Assembly: GCA_023422555.1 (NCBI GenBank)
Contig: JAFAGQ010000205.1
Coordinates: 1-57,339 of the forward strand
Direction of reading: 5' to 3'
Origin: Pseudomonadota bacterium
GTDB lineage: Bacteria > Pseudomonadota > Gammaproteobacteria > Burkholderiales > Burkholderiaceae_B
DNA length: 57,339 bases
Part shown: in pieces, positions 16,839 to 25,947 of the stretch
Layout of the letters: the number at the start of each line of letters is the position of its first letter
Numbering within the stretch: position 1 is the stretch's first letter
The notes under the pieces: model-generated
What the model was told of the DNA's origin: nothing
Databases searched by the model: none
The model's input: only the letters and a program-made list of their open reading frames with translations
Translations under genes and position numbers: made by a program

Positions 16839-17546
16839 TTAAGGCCAGTGCTGGATTTGAACCAGTCCACTGGCCTTTATCTTTTCCCACGCCTCACATA
16901 CTTGAATGTCATGCCACTTTGTTGGCGCAGGTTTCTTTTCATATCTACCAGCCATGAAGCAAACTAGATCAGCCACTTGTAAAAACCGGCTATGATGGGA
17001 TTGAGTAAAATATACAGTGTCGATTAACCGCCCGAGCTCGCGCCCGTAATACATCGGTGTTTTCGATCCTTTGTATTCTGAAAAATCGACCACGGCTTTT
17101 GTAACTTCATCGGCTTCATAGTCCCCGAAAACTAGACCAAGATCATCGACCCTATCCAGATACTCACAAAATCGCTCTAAAATAAGCATCAGGCCTAGCT
17201 TATATTCTGGGGTTGGATATATGTATTTCCCTCGGTGCGCTCTGACATCAATACAAACGAGCCTAACCGGGATAGAGTTGTTCGTTATAAAAGTAGCAAT
17301 ATCCGCAAAAACTCGGACCCGATCTAGCAAACCTCGGCCTTTGGAATTGCCTTTCCCATGGAATAAGTCTTTCCCATGAAATTCATTCACGGTGCTTAGC
17401 GTCCGAGATCCAAAATAATTAAAAGCGATTTGCGATAGAGTAGTTTCGAATTCTATTGTTTTACTATCAGGGATCAGGACGCCACCGATATTAAAATACT
17501 GATGATCCGGTTGCGGCTTGTTCTCGTCGAAATAACATAAATGCAT
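16839..17546 (-). CDS. DUF3800 domain protein
   Basis: YFDE...FNIGGV, EFHGKDLF and SRFLQVADLV motifs characteristic of DUF3800. Confidence 0.85.
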   Translation of the reverse strand: MHLCYFDENKPQPDHQYFNIGGVLIPDSKTIEFETTLSQIAFNYFGSRTLSTVNEFHGKDLFHGKGNSKGRGLLDRVRVFADIATFITNNSIPVRLVCIDVRAHRGKYIYPTPEYKLGLMLILERFCEYLDRVDDLGLVFGDYEADEVTKAVVDFSEYKGSKTPMYYGRELGRLIDTVYFTQSHHSRFLQVADLVCFMAGRYEKKPAPTKWHDIQVCEAWEKIKASGLVQIQHWP

Positions 17547-17567
17547 CTTCCCAACCTCTAAAAGGGG

Positions 17568-18062
17568 TTATTTCCAGACCAACGGCTTTGCTGGTTCAAA
17601 ACGGAACTGCTGGCCGGGCGCCTTATAAAAATCGACTTCCACAATGATTTTCTTGGCGGTTTTGAGTTTCTTTATGAATCCTGGAGTGGCCTTATCTGTC
17701 AAAAATAGAGTATCTCGAGAACCGCCAGTGCTTCGCGTGGCTGGTATTTTCTCTACCGCACCGTCGTCAAATTTGACGAAAAAATGACAGTCGCGAACCG
17801 AACAGTTCAATTGACCTTTCTCTGCAAGAATGTATACGTCCGTGCCGTATTTCTTTGGCATTTTGCGCACCACTATACCCAATGACGACCCTGGACTATA
17901 CGGGAATTTCAACGGAACCGTATTCTCAGATGGAAGTGAAACCCATGTATTTGTGACGCCGCGCATTTCATCGACTTTCTCGCCGTATATCCATTCTTCG
18001 GCATATGCACTTCCAGAAAATACTGTTATTGCGAAAACAGCCGTACAGAATGCTTTTTGCAT
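17568..18062 (-). CDS. Exported/periplasmic hypothetical protein
   Basis: Signal peptide ending AYA; AGGAG RBS. Confidence 0.8.
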   Translation of the reverse strand: MQKAFCTAVFAITVFSGSAYAEEWIYGEKVDEMRGVTNTWVSLPSENTVPLKFPYSPGSSLGIVVRKMPKKYGTDVYILAEKGQLNCSVRDCHFFVKFDDGAVEKIPATRSTGGSRDTLFLTDKATPGFIKKLKTAKKIIVEVDFYKAPGQQFRFEPAKPLVWK

Positions 18063-18084
18063 GACATCTCCTTATTTGTTCCGA

Positions 18085-18288
18085 TTAAAACGCGTTAGCA
18101 TTTCGGCCACACATGCCCTTGATCTTCTCGTCCGCAGATTCTCCGGTAGAAAGCCTAGGGTAAGAACCAATCTCTTTGTAGTAGGACACACCGCGCTCCT
18201 GGCACGCACCAGCGGTCCCGCAGGACTTGAACATAGCAACAATGGCAAGAATTACCACCAGCGCCACGATCATCTTGATGAAGTTCAT
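18085..18288 (-). CDS. Small membrane-anchored Cys-containing protein
   Basis: N-terminal TM helix; CQERG...YYKEIGSYP...C. Confidence 0.7.
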   Translation of the reverse strand: MNFIKMIVALVVILAIVAMFKSCGTAGACQERGVSYYKEIGSYPRLSTGESADEKIKGMCGRNANAF

Positions 18289-18297
18289 TTAACCCTC

Positions 18298-18801
18298 TTA
18301 CTGCGTGGCGACAGAGTGCAATTGCGCGCCGCGTTGCTCTTCCATTTCTTCGACGTGGTTATTCACCACCCGGCGAAAGTCGAGTGGACGTGCAATAGAG
18401 GGAATAGGGGTGCCAGTGCCGCCAGTCCCCTTGACGACAATCGACCCGAAGCCAAACAGGCGCCCTAGGATGCCTTGCTTAACCCCGATGCTCTCGACTT
18501 TCTCAAGTCGCAATTCGACTGTCTCGCGCCGGATAAATCCGAACTTGGCTATTACTCGTTTGTTCGTCAGGGCAAGCTCAGTTGTATATACGGTTATGAC
18601 GGCAGTCAGAATCAGGAAGGCGCCAATAATGCCAAACCACATGGGGCCGCTGCCTTTAACCCCGGCGCCAGCGTTCACCAATCCAATGAGCAGGAACAGG
18701 GTGCCAAATACGAGCCGGGGAAAGAATGCGAGCCATGATACCTTCGCCCTGGAAATTACTTGTTCGCCTTTTGATAAATTGGAGTCTACATAACTAGCCA
18801 C
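18298..18801 (-). CDS. Bacterial PH (bPH_2) domain membrane protein
   Basis: Two TMs then TELALTNKRVIAKFGFIRR...QGILGRLFGFGSI. Confidence 0.85.
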   Translation of the reverse strand: MASYVDSNLSKGEQVISRAKVSWLAFFPRLVFGTLFLLIGLVNAGAGVKGSGPMWFGIIGAFLILTAVITVYTTELALTNKRVIAKFGFIRRETVELRLEKVESIGVKQGILGRLFGFGSIVVKGTGGTGTPIPSIARPLDFRRVVNNHVEEMEEQRGAQLHSVATQ

Positions 18802-18823
18802 AAAATCACCTTTTTAATAAAAA

Positions 18824-19234
18824 TTACTTACGTGGTTGATTTTCAACAGGCGCAATTGGCCCCGCTGCGTTTCCTAACCCGGTACCCATATCTGACTCAG
18901 ACGTGCTGAAGTCGATTAATCTATCTGAACTATCAAACCTAAAGGCCGCATGACTCGTGTGTATGTCAGACCCACCTGCGAACAGTCCCACGATTGGAAT
19001 ATACGTCGCAGGGCGGGTACGATACTCAGCGAAATTGTAAATCACGGTTCTAGTTCCATCAGAATTTCTAGATTGAGTCGTCGGTTTGCCAAATTTAGAT
19101 ATAAGTTCGGATCTAGTGGTTTGACCTTTTTGCAATTGACTTAATTGTTGATCTGAGACCTTTACTCCTGACGCGGCGCATCCCGCTATCAAAATTACAG
19201 TCGCAAATAAACTACATTTTAATGCATTGTTCAT
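18824..19234 (-). CDS. BamE/SmpA-like lipoprotein
   Basis: Lipobox LIAGC and LQKGQTTRSELISKFGKP motif. Confidence 0.8.
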   Translation of the reverse strand: MNNALKCSLFATVILIAGCAASGVKVSDQQLSQLQKGQTTRSELISKFGKPTTQSRNSDGTRTVIYNFAEYRTRPATYIPIVGLFAGGSDIHTSHAAFRFDSSDRLIDFSTSESDMGTGLGNAAGPIAPVENQPRK

Positions 19235-19284
19235 TTTTTGTTACCAGCCCTGTGATAAAAAGAGGGCAACTGAGGCCCTAATAA

Positions 19285-19947
19285 TTAAAACCGTTTCCGA
19301 CGATATCTACGGTGCTCTACCATTACCCCAATGATCTGGATATGCTGTTGATCACTACGCATTGATGGATAATTTTCATTTAGCGGGACTAACTCAAAAA
19401 CCGGCTGTTCGCCCAACGATATGAGTTTATATCGCTTAAATGTCGCTTCCTCTCCACCATTCCTGGCGACAACAAAGTCGCCTGGCTGTGGCGCAACGTC
19501 ACAATCAATAATAACTCGATCACCTTCTCCAAACTCCGGGGCCATTGAATCGCCTCTTATTTGCAGGGCGAACGCTCGATCAGATAGCGCCAGATCGGTA
19601 AGGAGGTACTCCATACCTTCTGTATCAAAATTTGTCCCCATGTCAGTAAATATGCCAGCTTGCACGTAATTGAGCAAGGGGATGCGGGTATCCCCGATCT
19701 GGGCGGGCAGAACATTGCTATCGAACTTCAAAGGCTCGCGGTCACCCTTGCCTGTTGCTAACCACCCTGCATCGACACCGTATAACTTCGCGAGCGCAAT
19801 GGTGTAGGTTGATCTGGCAGACTTCCCAGATTCCAGTTGTGAAAGCGTTCCTTGCCGTATTCCGACGCGCTTGCAGACCTCGGGCTGTAAAAATCCCGCA
19901 GCTTCCCGGCTCTCTTTCAGCCGTTTACCAAATTCAATGTTTTTCAT
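19285..19947 (-). CDS. cI: CI-like repressor (HTH + S24 peptidase)
   Basis: N-terminal HTH, VQAG cleavage site, GDSM and TFKR catalytic motifs; likely leaderless start at MKNIEF. Confidence 0.95.
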   Translation of the reverse strand: MKNIEFGKRLKESREAAGFLQPEVCKRVGIRQGTLSQLESGKSARSTYTIALAKLYGVDAGWLATGKGDREPLKFDSNVLPAQIGDTRIPLLNYVQAGIFTDMGTNFDTEGMEYLLTDLALSDRAFALQIRGDSMAPEFGEGDRVIIDCDVAPQPGDFVVARNGGEEATFKRYKLISLGEQPVFELVPLNENYPSMRSDQQHIQIIGVMVEHRRYRRKRF

Positions 19948-20008
19948 ATAGATATTCTTATACAAGTAGATATAGATTTGGCTATTGTTTAAACATAGAA
20001 AAATCTAT
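19948..20008. promoter_or_regulatory. OR operators between cI and cro
   Basis: ATAGATATTCTTAT (19948), ATAGATTTGGCTAT (19972), ATAGAAAAATCTAT (19995), spaced 23-24 bp. Confidence 0.88.
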
Positions 20009-20039
20009 ATAATCGAGGAAATGTTTATGGAATCTCATC

Positions 20040-20234
20040 ATGGAATGGAAAAACATCATCTCCGATCTGCTGAATAGTGGCCTGACTCAAGCTCAGATCG
20101 CCAGCGAAACCGGCGTCCCTCAGCCGACCATTTCTGCTCTGTTGAACGAAAAGCAGAAGGAGCTGAACTATTTGAACGGTAATCGGTTGGTCTGCTTTCA
20201 CCAGAAGCACAAACAAAGCAGGGAAGTTGCGTAG
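20040..20234 (+). CDS. cro: Cro-like HTH protein
   Basis: LTQAQIASETGVPQPTISAL HTH; divergent from cI. Confidence 0.9.
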   Translation: MEWKNIISDLLNSGLTQAQIASETGVPQPTISALLNEKQKELNYLNGNRLVCFHQKHKQSREVA

Positions 20235-20314
20235 ACATTTTTAATCCAGAAGATTCGATAACTGAATCTTCTGTTTTTTTGCCCGAAAGAACGAGGCATA
20301 ACGAGACAAGAAAT

Positions 20315-20758
20315 ATGAGCCGTCCTACACCGATCCAGCAACCCCTTGATATTCAACGGGAAATGCAACCAGTCGAGATTGATGCAATTGCACGACAGTC
20401 ATCCATGTCAAAAGCACTTGTGCTGTGCCAGACGCTATCCGGGCTTGATGATAAGCAGTTCATCGGGTCAAAGGGGATCGTAGAAGGGCAGGCGCAATGG
20501 TCACGGATCATGGGCCCGGCTGGTCAGCATAACTTCCCTCAAGACAAGCTCAACTTGTTCATGGATATTGCAGGCAACGAAGCGCCAATGCTTTGGTTGC
20601 TGCATTCGCGTGGGTACGACCTCAATAGTCTGCGCAAGCGCGAGACCGAAACCGAACTGAAATTGCGCAAAGCAGAAGAGCGCATTAAGCAACTGGAGCA
20701 CGAGGCGCGTATCAAGGCCGATTTCGTCAGTGAATTTATGCGTGGTCGTGCGGCATGA
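20315..20758 (+). CDS. Regulatory protein in the CII position
   Basis: Follows cro; HTH-like core and C-terminal coiled coil. Confidence 0.65.
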   Translation: MSRPTPIQQPLDIQREMQPVEIDAIARQSSMSKALVLCQTLSGLDDKQFIGSKGIVEGQAQWSRIMGPAGQHNFPQDKLNLFMDIAGNEAPMLWLLHSRGYDLNSLRKRETETELKLRKAEERIKQLEHEARIKADFVSEFMRGRAA

Positions 20759-21159
20759 AGCAGGTCTACTACACAACGAACACAACCGCCCGCCAGGCTG
20801 CCTGCAAATCAATCCTGGCTGCCCCAGACAATTACCGCGTAGAGATTCGTCCTCGTTCTCGCTCGATTGCTCAAAACGACCTTCTTTGGTCCTGCCTGAC
20901 TGATCTGTCAAAACAGGTGCAGTGGTCGGTCAATGGCAACCCTGAGCGCCTTTCACCTGAGGACTGGAAAGACATCATGTCCGCCAGCCTGCACCAAGAG
21001 CAGCGTATGGCTGCCGGCGTTCGTGGTGGATTCGTAATGCTGGGCAAGCGCACCAGCCGCATGACGGTGGCCGAAATGACCGAGCTAATCGAGTTCATTC
21101 ATGCATTCGGAGCCGAGAAAGAGGTGGTTTGGTCTGTTACGTCAGTAGGGAGAGGGTAA
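20755..21159 (+). CDS. ninB: NinB recombination protein
   Basis: RSIAQNDLLW, EDWKD and TSRMTVAEMTELIEFIHAFG motifs. Confidence 0.92.
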   Translation: MKQVYYTTNTTARQAACKSILAAPDNYRVEIRPRSRSIAQNDLLWSCLTDLSKQVQWSVNGNPERLSPEDWKDIMSASLHQEQRMAAGVRGGFVMLGKRTSRMTVAEMTELIEFIHAFGAEKEVVWSVTSVGRG

Positions 21160-21518
21160 TGATTAAAGGCCGCTCCGTTACTGCCAGTCAGAAAAAATTC
21201 CACAACATGCTCGCCGAGGTTGTCGGATGCTGCGCCTGCCGCAAGGATGGCGGATTCAATGACTACGTGAGCATTCACCATATCGACGGACGCACCAAAC
21301 CAAATGCACATTGGTTGGTGCTTCCTCTCTGCGCGGGCCATCACCAAGACATGGGAGACGGCCTGATTCCGGTTCACCCATATAAGGCAAGGTTTGAAAG
21401 CAAGTACGGGCGCCAGCTCGATCAGCTTGTTGAGTGCATCGAATTGCTGATTGCTGGTGGGTTTGAAGTCCCCACAGATGCCCTTGTGGCGGCCTGCATG
21501 ACAGCGGAGGCGACATGA
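21159..21518 (+). CDS. Ref-like HNH nuclease
   Basis: CCAC...IHHIDG...VLPLCAGHH motif. Confidence 0.85.
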   Translation: MIKGRSVTASQKKFHNMLAEVVGCCACRKDGGFNDYVSIHHIDGRTKPNAHWLVLPLCAGHHQDMGDGLIPVHPYKARFESKYGRQLDQLVECIELLIAGGFEVPTDALVAACMTAEAT

Positions 21519-21620
21519 AAAGCCTATTGCGCCGGTTTCTATTTTGCCTTTTTCGGCATAACTGTATCAAGTGCACAACATTCGCCAAAGCAATTAAAAC
21601 ATTCGGATTGAGATAAATAT

Positions 21621-22463
21621 ATGACCTACGAACTTCACCCACTTTGTACGCTGTTCCCCCGAATTGTCGCTCATGATTTCCTGGCTCTGGTTGAGGATAT
21701 CAAGGCCAACGGGCTTCGCCAGCCTATCGTATTGCATAACGGAATGATTCTGGATGGTGGGAACCGGTACCGTGCGTGTATTCAGGCAGGAGTCGAGCCG
21801 ACTTTCGTTCAGTACGAAGGCGACAACATTACCAGTTTCGTGCTTTCAGCAAACCTGCACCGTCGCCACCTTAGTCCCGGCCAGACTGCTGCTATTGTGG
21901 CAAGCGCTCAGGATTGGGCTAAAGCGCAGCCCGCGCATCGTCCATCAGAGAAAGAGTGCAACGTTGCACCGTTATCTACATCGGCAGACCGCGCGGCGCA
22001 ATCAGGGGCTAGCGTGCGCACACAAAAAATGGCCGACAAAGTAGCAAAAGAGTCGCCAGATCTCGCAAAGAAAGTTGCGCATGGTGAAGTTTCATTGCCC
22101 GAAGCCATCAAACAGATCACGCCAGCGAAGAAAGTCACTCCGAAAAAACCACAAATCGCCGTTGTTCCTGATGCTGAAAATGATTCAGCCGACGAACTGA
22201 GCGAAGCGCGCCACACAATTACCGAATTGGCTTCCGAGAACGATGTCCTGAAAGATCGTCTAGCAGTCGCCGCAATGGACGCCACCGAAGAAGAAAAAAC
22301 TCAGGCTGCTGAAACATTGGCCGAACTGCGCGAACGCGTCAAAACCTTGGAAGCGGAGAATGACGCTCTGAAGGTATCCCGCGACACATACATGAACAAA
22401 GTGTCAGAAATGGCAAAGCAGATTGCCATGTGGCGTAAACGTGCCGAAAAGGTGGCGGCATGA
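21621..22463 (+). CDS. ParB-like N-domain / HTH / coiled-coil protein
   Basis: LVEDIKANGLRQPI, ILDGGNRYRAC and NLHRRHLS motifs. Confidence 0.85.
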   Translation: MTYELHPLCTLFPRIVAHDFLALVEDIKANGLRQPIVLHNGMILDGGNRYRACIQAGVEPTFVQYEGDNITSFVLSANLHRRHLSPGQTAAIVASAQDWAKAQPAHRPSEKECNVAPLSTSADRAAQSGASVRTQKMADKVAKESPDLAKKVAHGEVSLPEAIKQITPAKKVTPKKPQIAVVPDAENDSADELSEARHTITELASENDVLKDRLAVAAMDATEEEKTQAAETLAELRERVKTLEAENDALKVSRDTYMNKVSEMAKQIAMWRKRAEKVAA

Positions 22464-23941
22464 GCATTCAGCTTTTTGACTATCAATCAGCCATTCTGGA
22501 CAAACTACGGGCTGGCTTTGCTGCAGGCCATCGCGCACAGATGCTGTATTGCGCCACTGGCGGCGGCAAAACAGAAATGGCATTGAGCCTGATGGAAGCG
22601 GCCTCGCGCAAAATGAACCGCTCTGCGATGATTCTGGATCGCATTGTACTGTGCAATCAGACCAGCGAACGCTTGGATAAATACGGCATTGACCACGGCG
22701 TCCTGCAATCTGGACACTGGCGCTATCGCCCATATGAGCGCGTTCAAGTGTGCAGTGCACAGACTTTGGAAAAGCGTGGATCTCTACCTGACATGAAGAT
22801 GCTGATTATTGATGAAGCGCACCAGACACGCGCACAGACAGTTTCTTTCATCAAAAACAACCCGCAAATTCTGGTTGTAGGTCTGTCTGCAACGCCTTTC
22901 ACTAAGGGATTGGGGAACATTTATACGAATGTTGTTTCCGCAATCACCACTCGGGAGCTTGTCGATCAGGGAAGGCTCGTGCCTCTGCGCGTATTCGTCG
23001 GCAAAGAGATTGATATGGAAGGCGCAAAGAAAGTCGCCGGAGAATGGACAAATAAAGAGGCCGAAACCCGCGGCATACGCATTACGGGCGATATCGTTGC
23101 AGAATGGGTCAAAAAGACGCATGAAGTGTTCGGCAGGCCACGAAAAACAGTGGTATTTGCTTCTGGAGTCGCCCATGCCGCTGATCTTGCTGCGCAATTT
23201 AATGAGGCGGGATATAACTTCGTCAGCCTGTCATATAAGGACGATGACGATTTCAAGGCCGATGCAATCAAAGAATTTTCCAAACCCGATTCAGCCATTC
23301 ATGGCCTTATTGCAACCGACATTTTGACCAAAGGCTTTGATGTTCCAGACGTGATGATCGGGATTAGTGCGCGTCCGTTCTCAAAGTCCCTTGCGTCTCA
23401 TATTCAGCAAATGGGCCGCGTGATGCGCTGTTCTCCGGGCAAAGAGTTCGCGTTATGGCTTTGCCACTCTGGAAATTACCTGGGCTTTCAGGACCAGTGG
23501 GATGACGTTTTCCATAATGGCATCGACAAGATTGATGATTCAAAAGAGAAGCCCCGCAAGGAACTGAAAAAAGACGAAAAAGAGCGAGCTACATGTCCTC
23601 GCTGTAAATATCTATGGGTCGGTCGCACCGATACCTGCGCGAGCTGCGGATTCGTTCGCCTTGCCTATAACGAAGTCGTGTCTCAACCCGGACAACTGGA
23701 AGAACTTGAGCAAGGCAAGAACATTGCTGATAGAGAACTCAAACAACTTTGGTACGGCCAGCTTCTGACCGTAGCGCGTGACCGTGGCTACAAGGAAGGA
23801 TGGGTTGCGCACAAATACCGTGAAAAATTTACAGTCTGGCCCAAAGGCTTGAAAGACGAACAGCATCCTGTTTCGCCGGAAGTTGCCCGCTGGCTCAAAT
23901 CCAGACAGATCGCGGCGGCAAAAGCCCGGAAGGCGGCATGA
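22460..23941 (+). CDS. SF2 DEAH-box helicase with C-terminal Zn ribbon
   Basis: ATGGGKT, DEAH, SAT, KGFDVP and QQMGRVMR motifs; CPRC...CASC. Confidence 0.95.
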   Translation: MSIQLFDYQSAILDKLRAGFAAGHRAQMLYCATGGGKTEMALSLMEAASRKMNRSAMILDRIVLCNQTSERLDKYGIDHGVLQSGHWRYRPYERVQVCSAQTLEKRGSLPDMKMLIIDEAHQTRAQTVSFIKNNPQILVVGLSATPFTKGLGNIYTNVVSAITTRELVDQGRLVPLRVFVGKEIDMEGAKKVAGEWTNKEAETRGIRITGDIVAEWVKKTHEVFGRPRKTVVFASGVAHAADLAAQFNEAGYNFVSLSYKDDDDFKADAIKEFSKPDSAIHGLIATDILTKGFDVPDVMIGISARPFSKSLASHIQQMGRVMRCSPGKEFALWLCHSGNYLGFQDQWDDVFHNGIDKIDDSKEKPRKELKKDEKERATCPRCKYLWVGRTDTCASCGFVRLAYNEVVSQPGQLEELEQGKNIADRELKQLWYGQLLTVARDRGYKEGWVAHKYREKFTVWPKGLKDEQHPVSPEVARWLKSRQIAAAKARKAA

Positions 23942-24756
23942 TGGACTTTCTTCAATTCTGTCAGTCCCATGGTGTTCTTCTGGATCAATACCCGCAGATC
24001 GGACGCTGGGTGCGTGTAAAAACAGCGGACAAACCTGGACACCGCAACGGCGCAGTGAAATGGATGGGCGACGCTGGCTTTGTGCAGAACTGGGCCACTA
24101 TGGAACAGCCGGCGCTGTGGCGCGGTGAATCCACTCAGGCCTCGCTGACCCGCATGCGTGAAGTGAATCGTGAAGCGCAGCGCCAATCCGAATTGCAGGC
24201 CCGCAGAGCGGCGGCCAAGGCGTCCAAACTACTTTCTGAATGCGAGCTCGCTCCGCATCCGTATTTCGCTGCCAAGGGCTTTCCTGAGCTTTTGGTGAAT
24301 GTATGGGAAGGCGGCGTCGCTGTGGTTCCTATGCGTCGTGGCTCCAAGATTGTTGGTTGCCAGATGATCGACGCCAACGGCGGCAAGAAGTTCCTATTCG
24401 GGCAGCGCTCTGGTGGCGCTGAGTTCGTTCTCGGGCAGAAAGGCCGGCACATTGTCTGCGAAGGCTATGCCACCGCGCTATCTGCTCAGACAGTGCTTCG
24501 CGCCCTCAAAGTGCCGTATGTGCTGCATGTGACATTCAGTGCTGGAAACATGAAAAAGATCGCTCAGGCGCTGCCTGGTGGCATTGTGCTGGCCGATAAC
24601 GATGCAAGCGGCACAGGCGAGCGTATAGCGCGTGATATCGGCTGGCCTTACTGGATGAGTGACAAGGTCGGAGAGGACTTTAACGACGCTCACCAGCGCC
24701 GAGGAACGTTCTCCCTGTCTATGCAGCTTGGAGGGATTCTCAGAAAGCGTGCTTGA
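23938..24756 (+). CDS. TOPRIM primase (TraC/P4-alpha-like, no helicase domain)
   Basis: VCEGYATA, FSAGNM, ADND and DFND motifs. Confidence 0.9.
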   Translation: MMDFLQFCQSHGVLLDQYPQIGRWVRVKTADKPGHRNGAVKWMGDAGFVQNWATMEQPALWRGESTQASLTRMREVNREAQRQSELQARRAAAKASKLLSECELAPHPYFAAKGFPELLVNVWEGGVAVVPMRRGSKIVGCQMIDANGGKKFLFGQRSGGAEFVLGQKGRHIVCEGYATALSAQTVLRALKVPYVLHVTFSAGNMKKIAQALPGGIVLADNDASGTGERIARDIGWPYWMSDKVGEDFNDAHQRRGTFSLSMQLGGILRKRA

Positions 24757-24764
24757 GTAGTAAG

Positions 24765-24945
24765 GCACCGTACTGGTCGGACATGGTTTAACGACAGCGG
24801 TACGGGAAGAGGCTCCTACTGTGGGAAAGATCTGAAACAGGGGCAAGGGCGGCGAAGTTAGCACCCGAGATCGAAAAGGCTGACGGGTCATGAGACGGTG
24901 ACGGTTCATGTGAAGGCTTAGCTCAGGAAGGGCTAGGTCTGTCTG
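24765..24945 (+). ncRNA. Structured non-coding element downstream of the primase (putative RNA or ssDNA origin)
   Basis: Four to five consecutive stems plus a GTTAGC/GCTGAC pseudoknot pairing in a gap within an otherwise coupled operon. Confidence 0.55.
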
Positions 24946-24969
24946 GCTCGGGTTCATGGAGGTGTGGAG

Positions 24970-25179
24970 ATGAAGAGTAAAGACAGTGCAAGTTTAGAAA
25001 GAGAGAGGCACGAATGCGAAGTTCGGGTGGTGCTGAGAATGAAAGACAAGGATTCCAGGCGGAAATATCTGGATGGCATAGGAAAACGGCGAGGAATCCC
25101 GTTAATGAAACAAATGGAGCGTGATGTGATGAATCAGTGGAAAAAAGGGAATCGCGGCGAGTGGGGTGATTGGCTATGA
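24970..25179 (+). CDS. Phage hypothetical protein
   Basis: GGAGGT RBS; ERHECEVR...YLDGIGKRRG pattern. Confidence 0.7.
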   Translation: MKSKDSASLERERHECEVRVVLRMKDKDSRRKYLDGIGKRRGIPLMKQMERDVMNQWKKGNRGEWGDWL

Positions 25180-25619
25180 AGCCATTCAGCATCACATTCA
25201 CAGTACCCGGCGCCGCCATTCCAAAGGCCCGCGCCCGAGTCGTGAAAGTCAAGGGCAGGACGATGGCATTCACGCCAGAGAAGACGGTCAACTTTGAGAG
25301 CTTGGTCAGTTGGACAGCAAAGCAAGCTATGGAAGGGAAGGATATGTGGATGGGGCCGGTCAAGGCGACGATTGAAGTAATCCTGCCGATCCCAACGTCA
25401 TGGTCAGGGAAGCGAAAGATGGAGGCTGCTGCAGATCACATCGCGCCTACGAAGAAACCAGACGCGGACAATATTCAAAAAGCGCTGTTTGATGCCATGA
25501 ATGAAATTGTATTCAAGGATGACAGTCAGGTTGTGGATATTCACTGCTGGAAGCGGTATGGGCTGACACCGGAAACTCGGATCAGGATCGAATCAACATG
25601 CCAGGAGGCAGCCAAATGA
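25176..25619 (+). CDS. rusA: RusA Holliday junction resolvase
   Basis: KPDADNIQKALFDAMN...DDSQVV signature. Confidence 0.93.
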   Translation: MKPFSITFTVPGAAIPKARARVVKVKGRTMAFTPEKTVNFESLVSWTAKQAMEGKDMWMGPVKATIEVILPIPTSWSGKRKMEAAADHIAPTKKPDADNIQKALFDAMNEIVFKDDSQVVDIHCWKRYGLTPETRIRIESTCQEAAK

Positions 25620-25710
25620 CCCTACTAGTATTTTTACTCGGCTGCATAGTTGGCTATCTCTTGTCCTGCTATGTCAATTTTGTGCGGTATTCAATGGAGA
25701 GGTGGGAAGG

Positions 25711-25947
25711 ATGACTGATCAAAAACGGAAAGTCGGCAGGCCAAAGCTTTCAACCGATGAAAAAAGATTTCAGTTTAGTATCGCCCTGAACCATGACATT
25801 ACTTTGCTTCTGGATGAAATTAGCGCTGAGATTGGGGCGACAAGATCGTTGCTCATCGAAACAATAATCCGCGCAAGGTTAGGGAAAAACCCGCTCGCAA
25901 TGAACAAACTAATCGACGAAATCGTAGATTCGATGGGGGATAAATAA
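25711..25947 (+). CDS. Ribbon-helix-helix DNA-binding protein
   Basis: GRPK then FSIAL...TRSLLIE pattern. Confidence 0.7.
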   Translation: MTDQKRKVGRPKLSTDEKRFQFSIALNHDITLLLDEISAEIGATRSLLIETIIRARLGKNPLAMNKLIDEIVDSMGDK

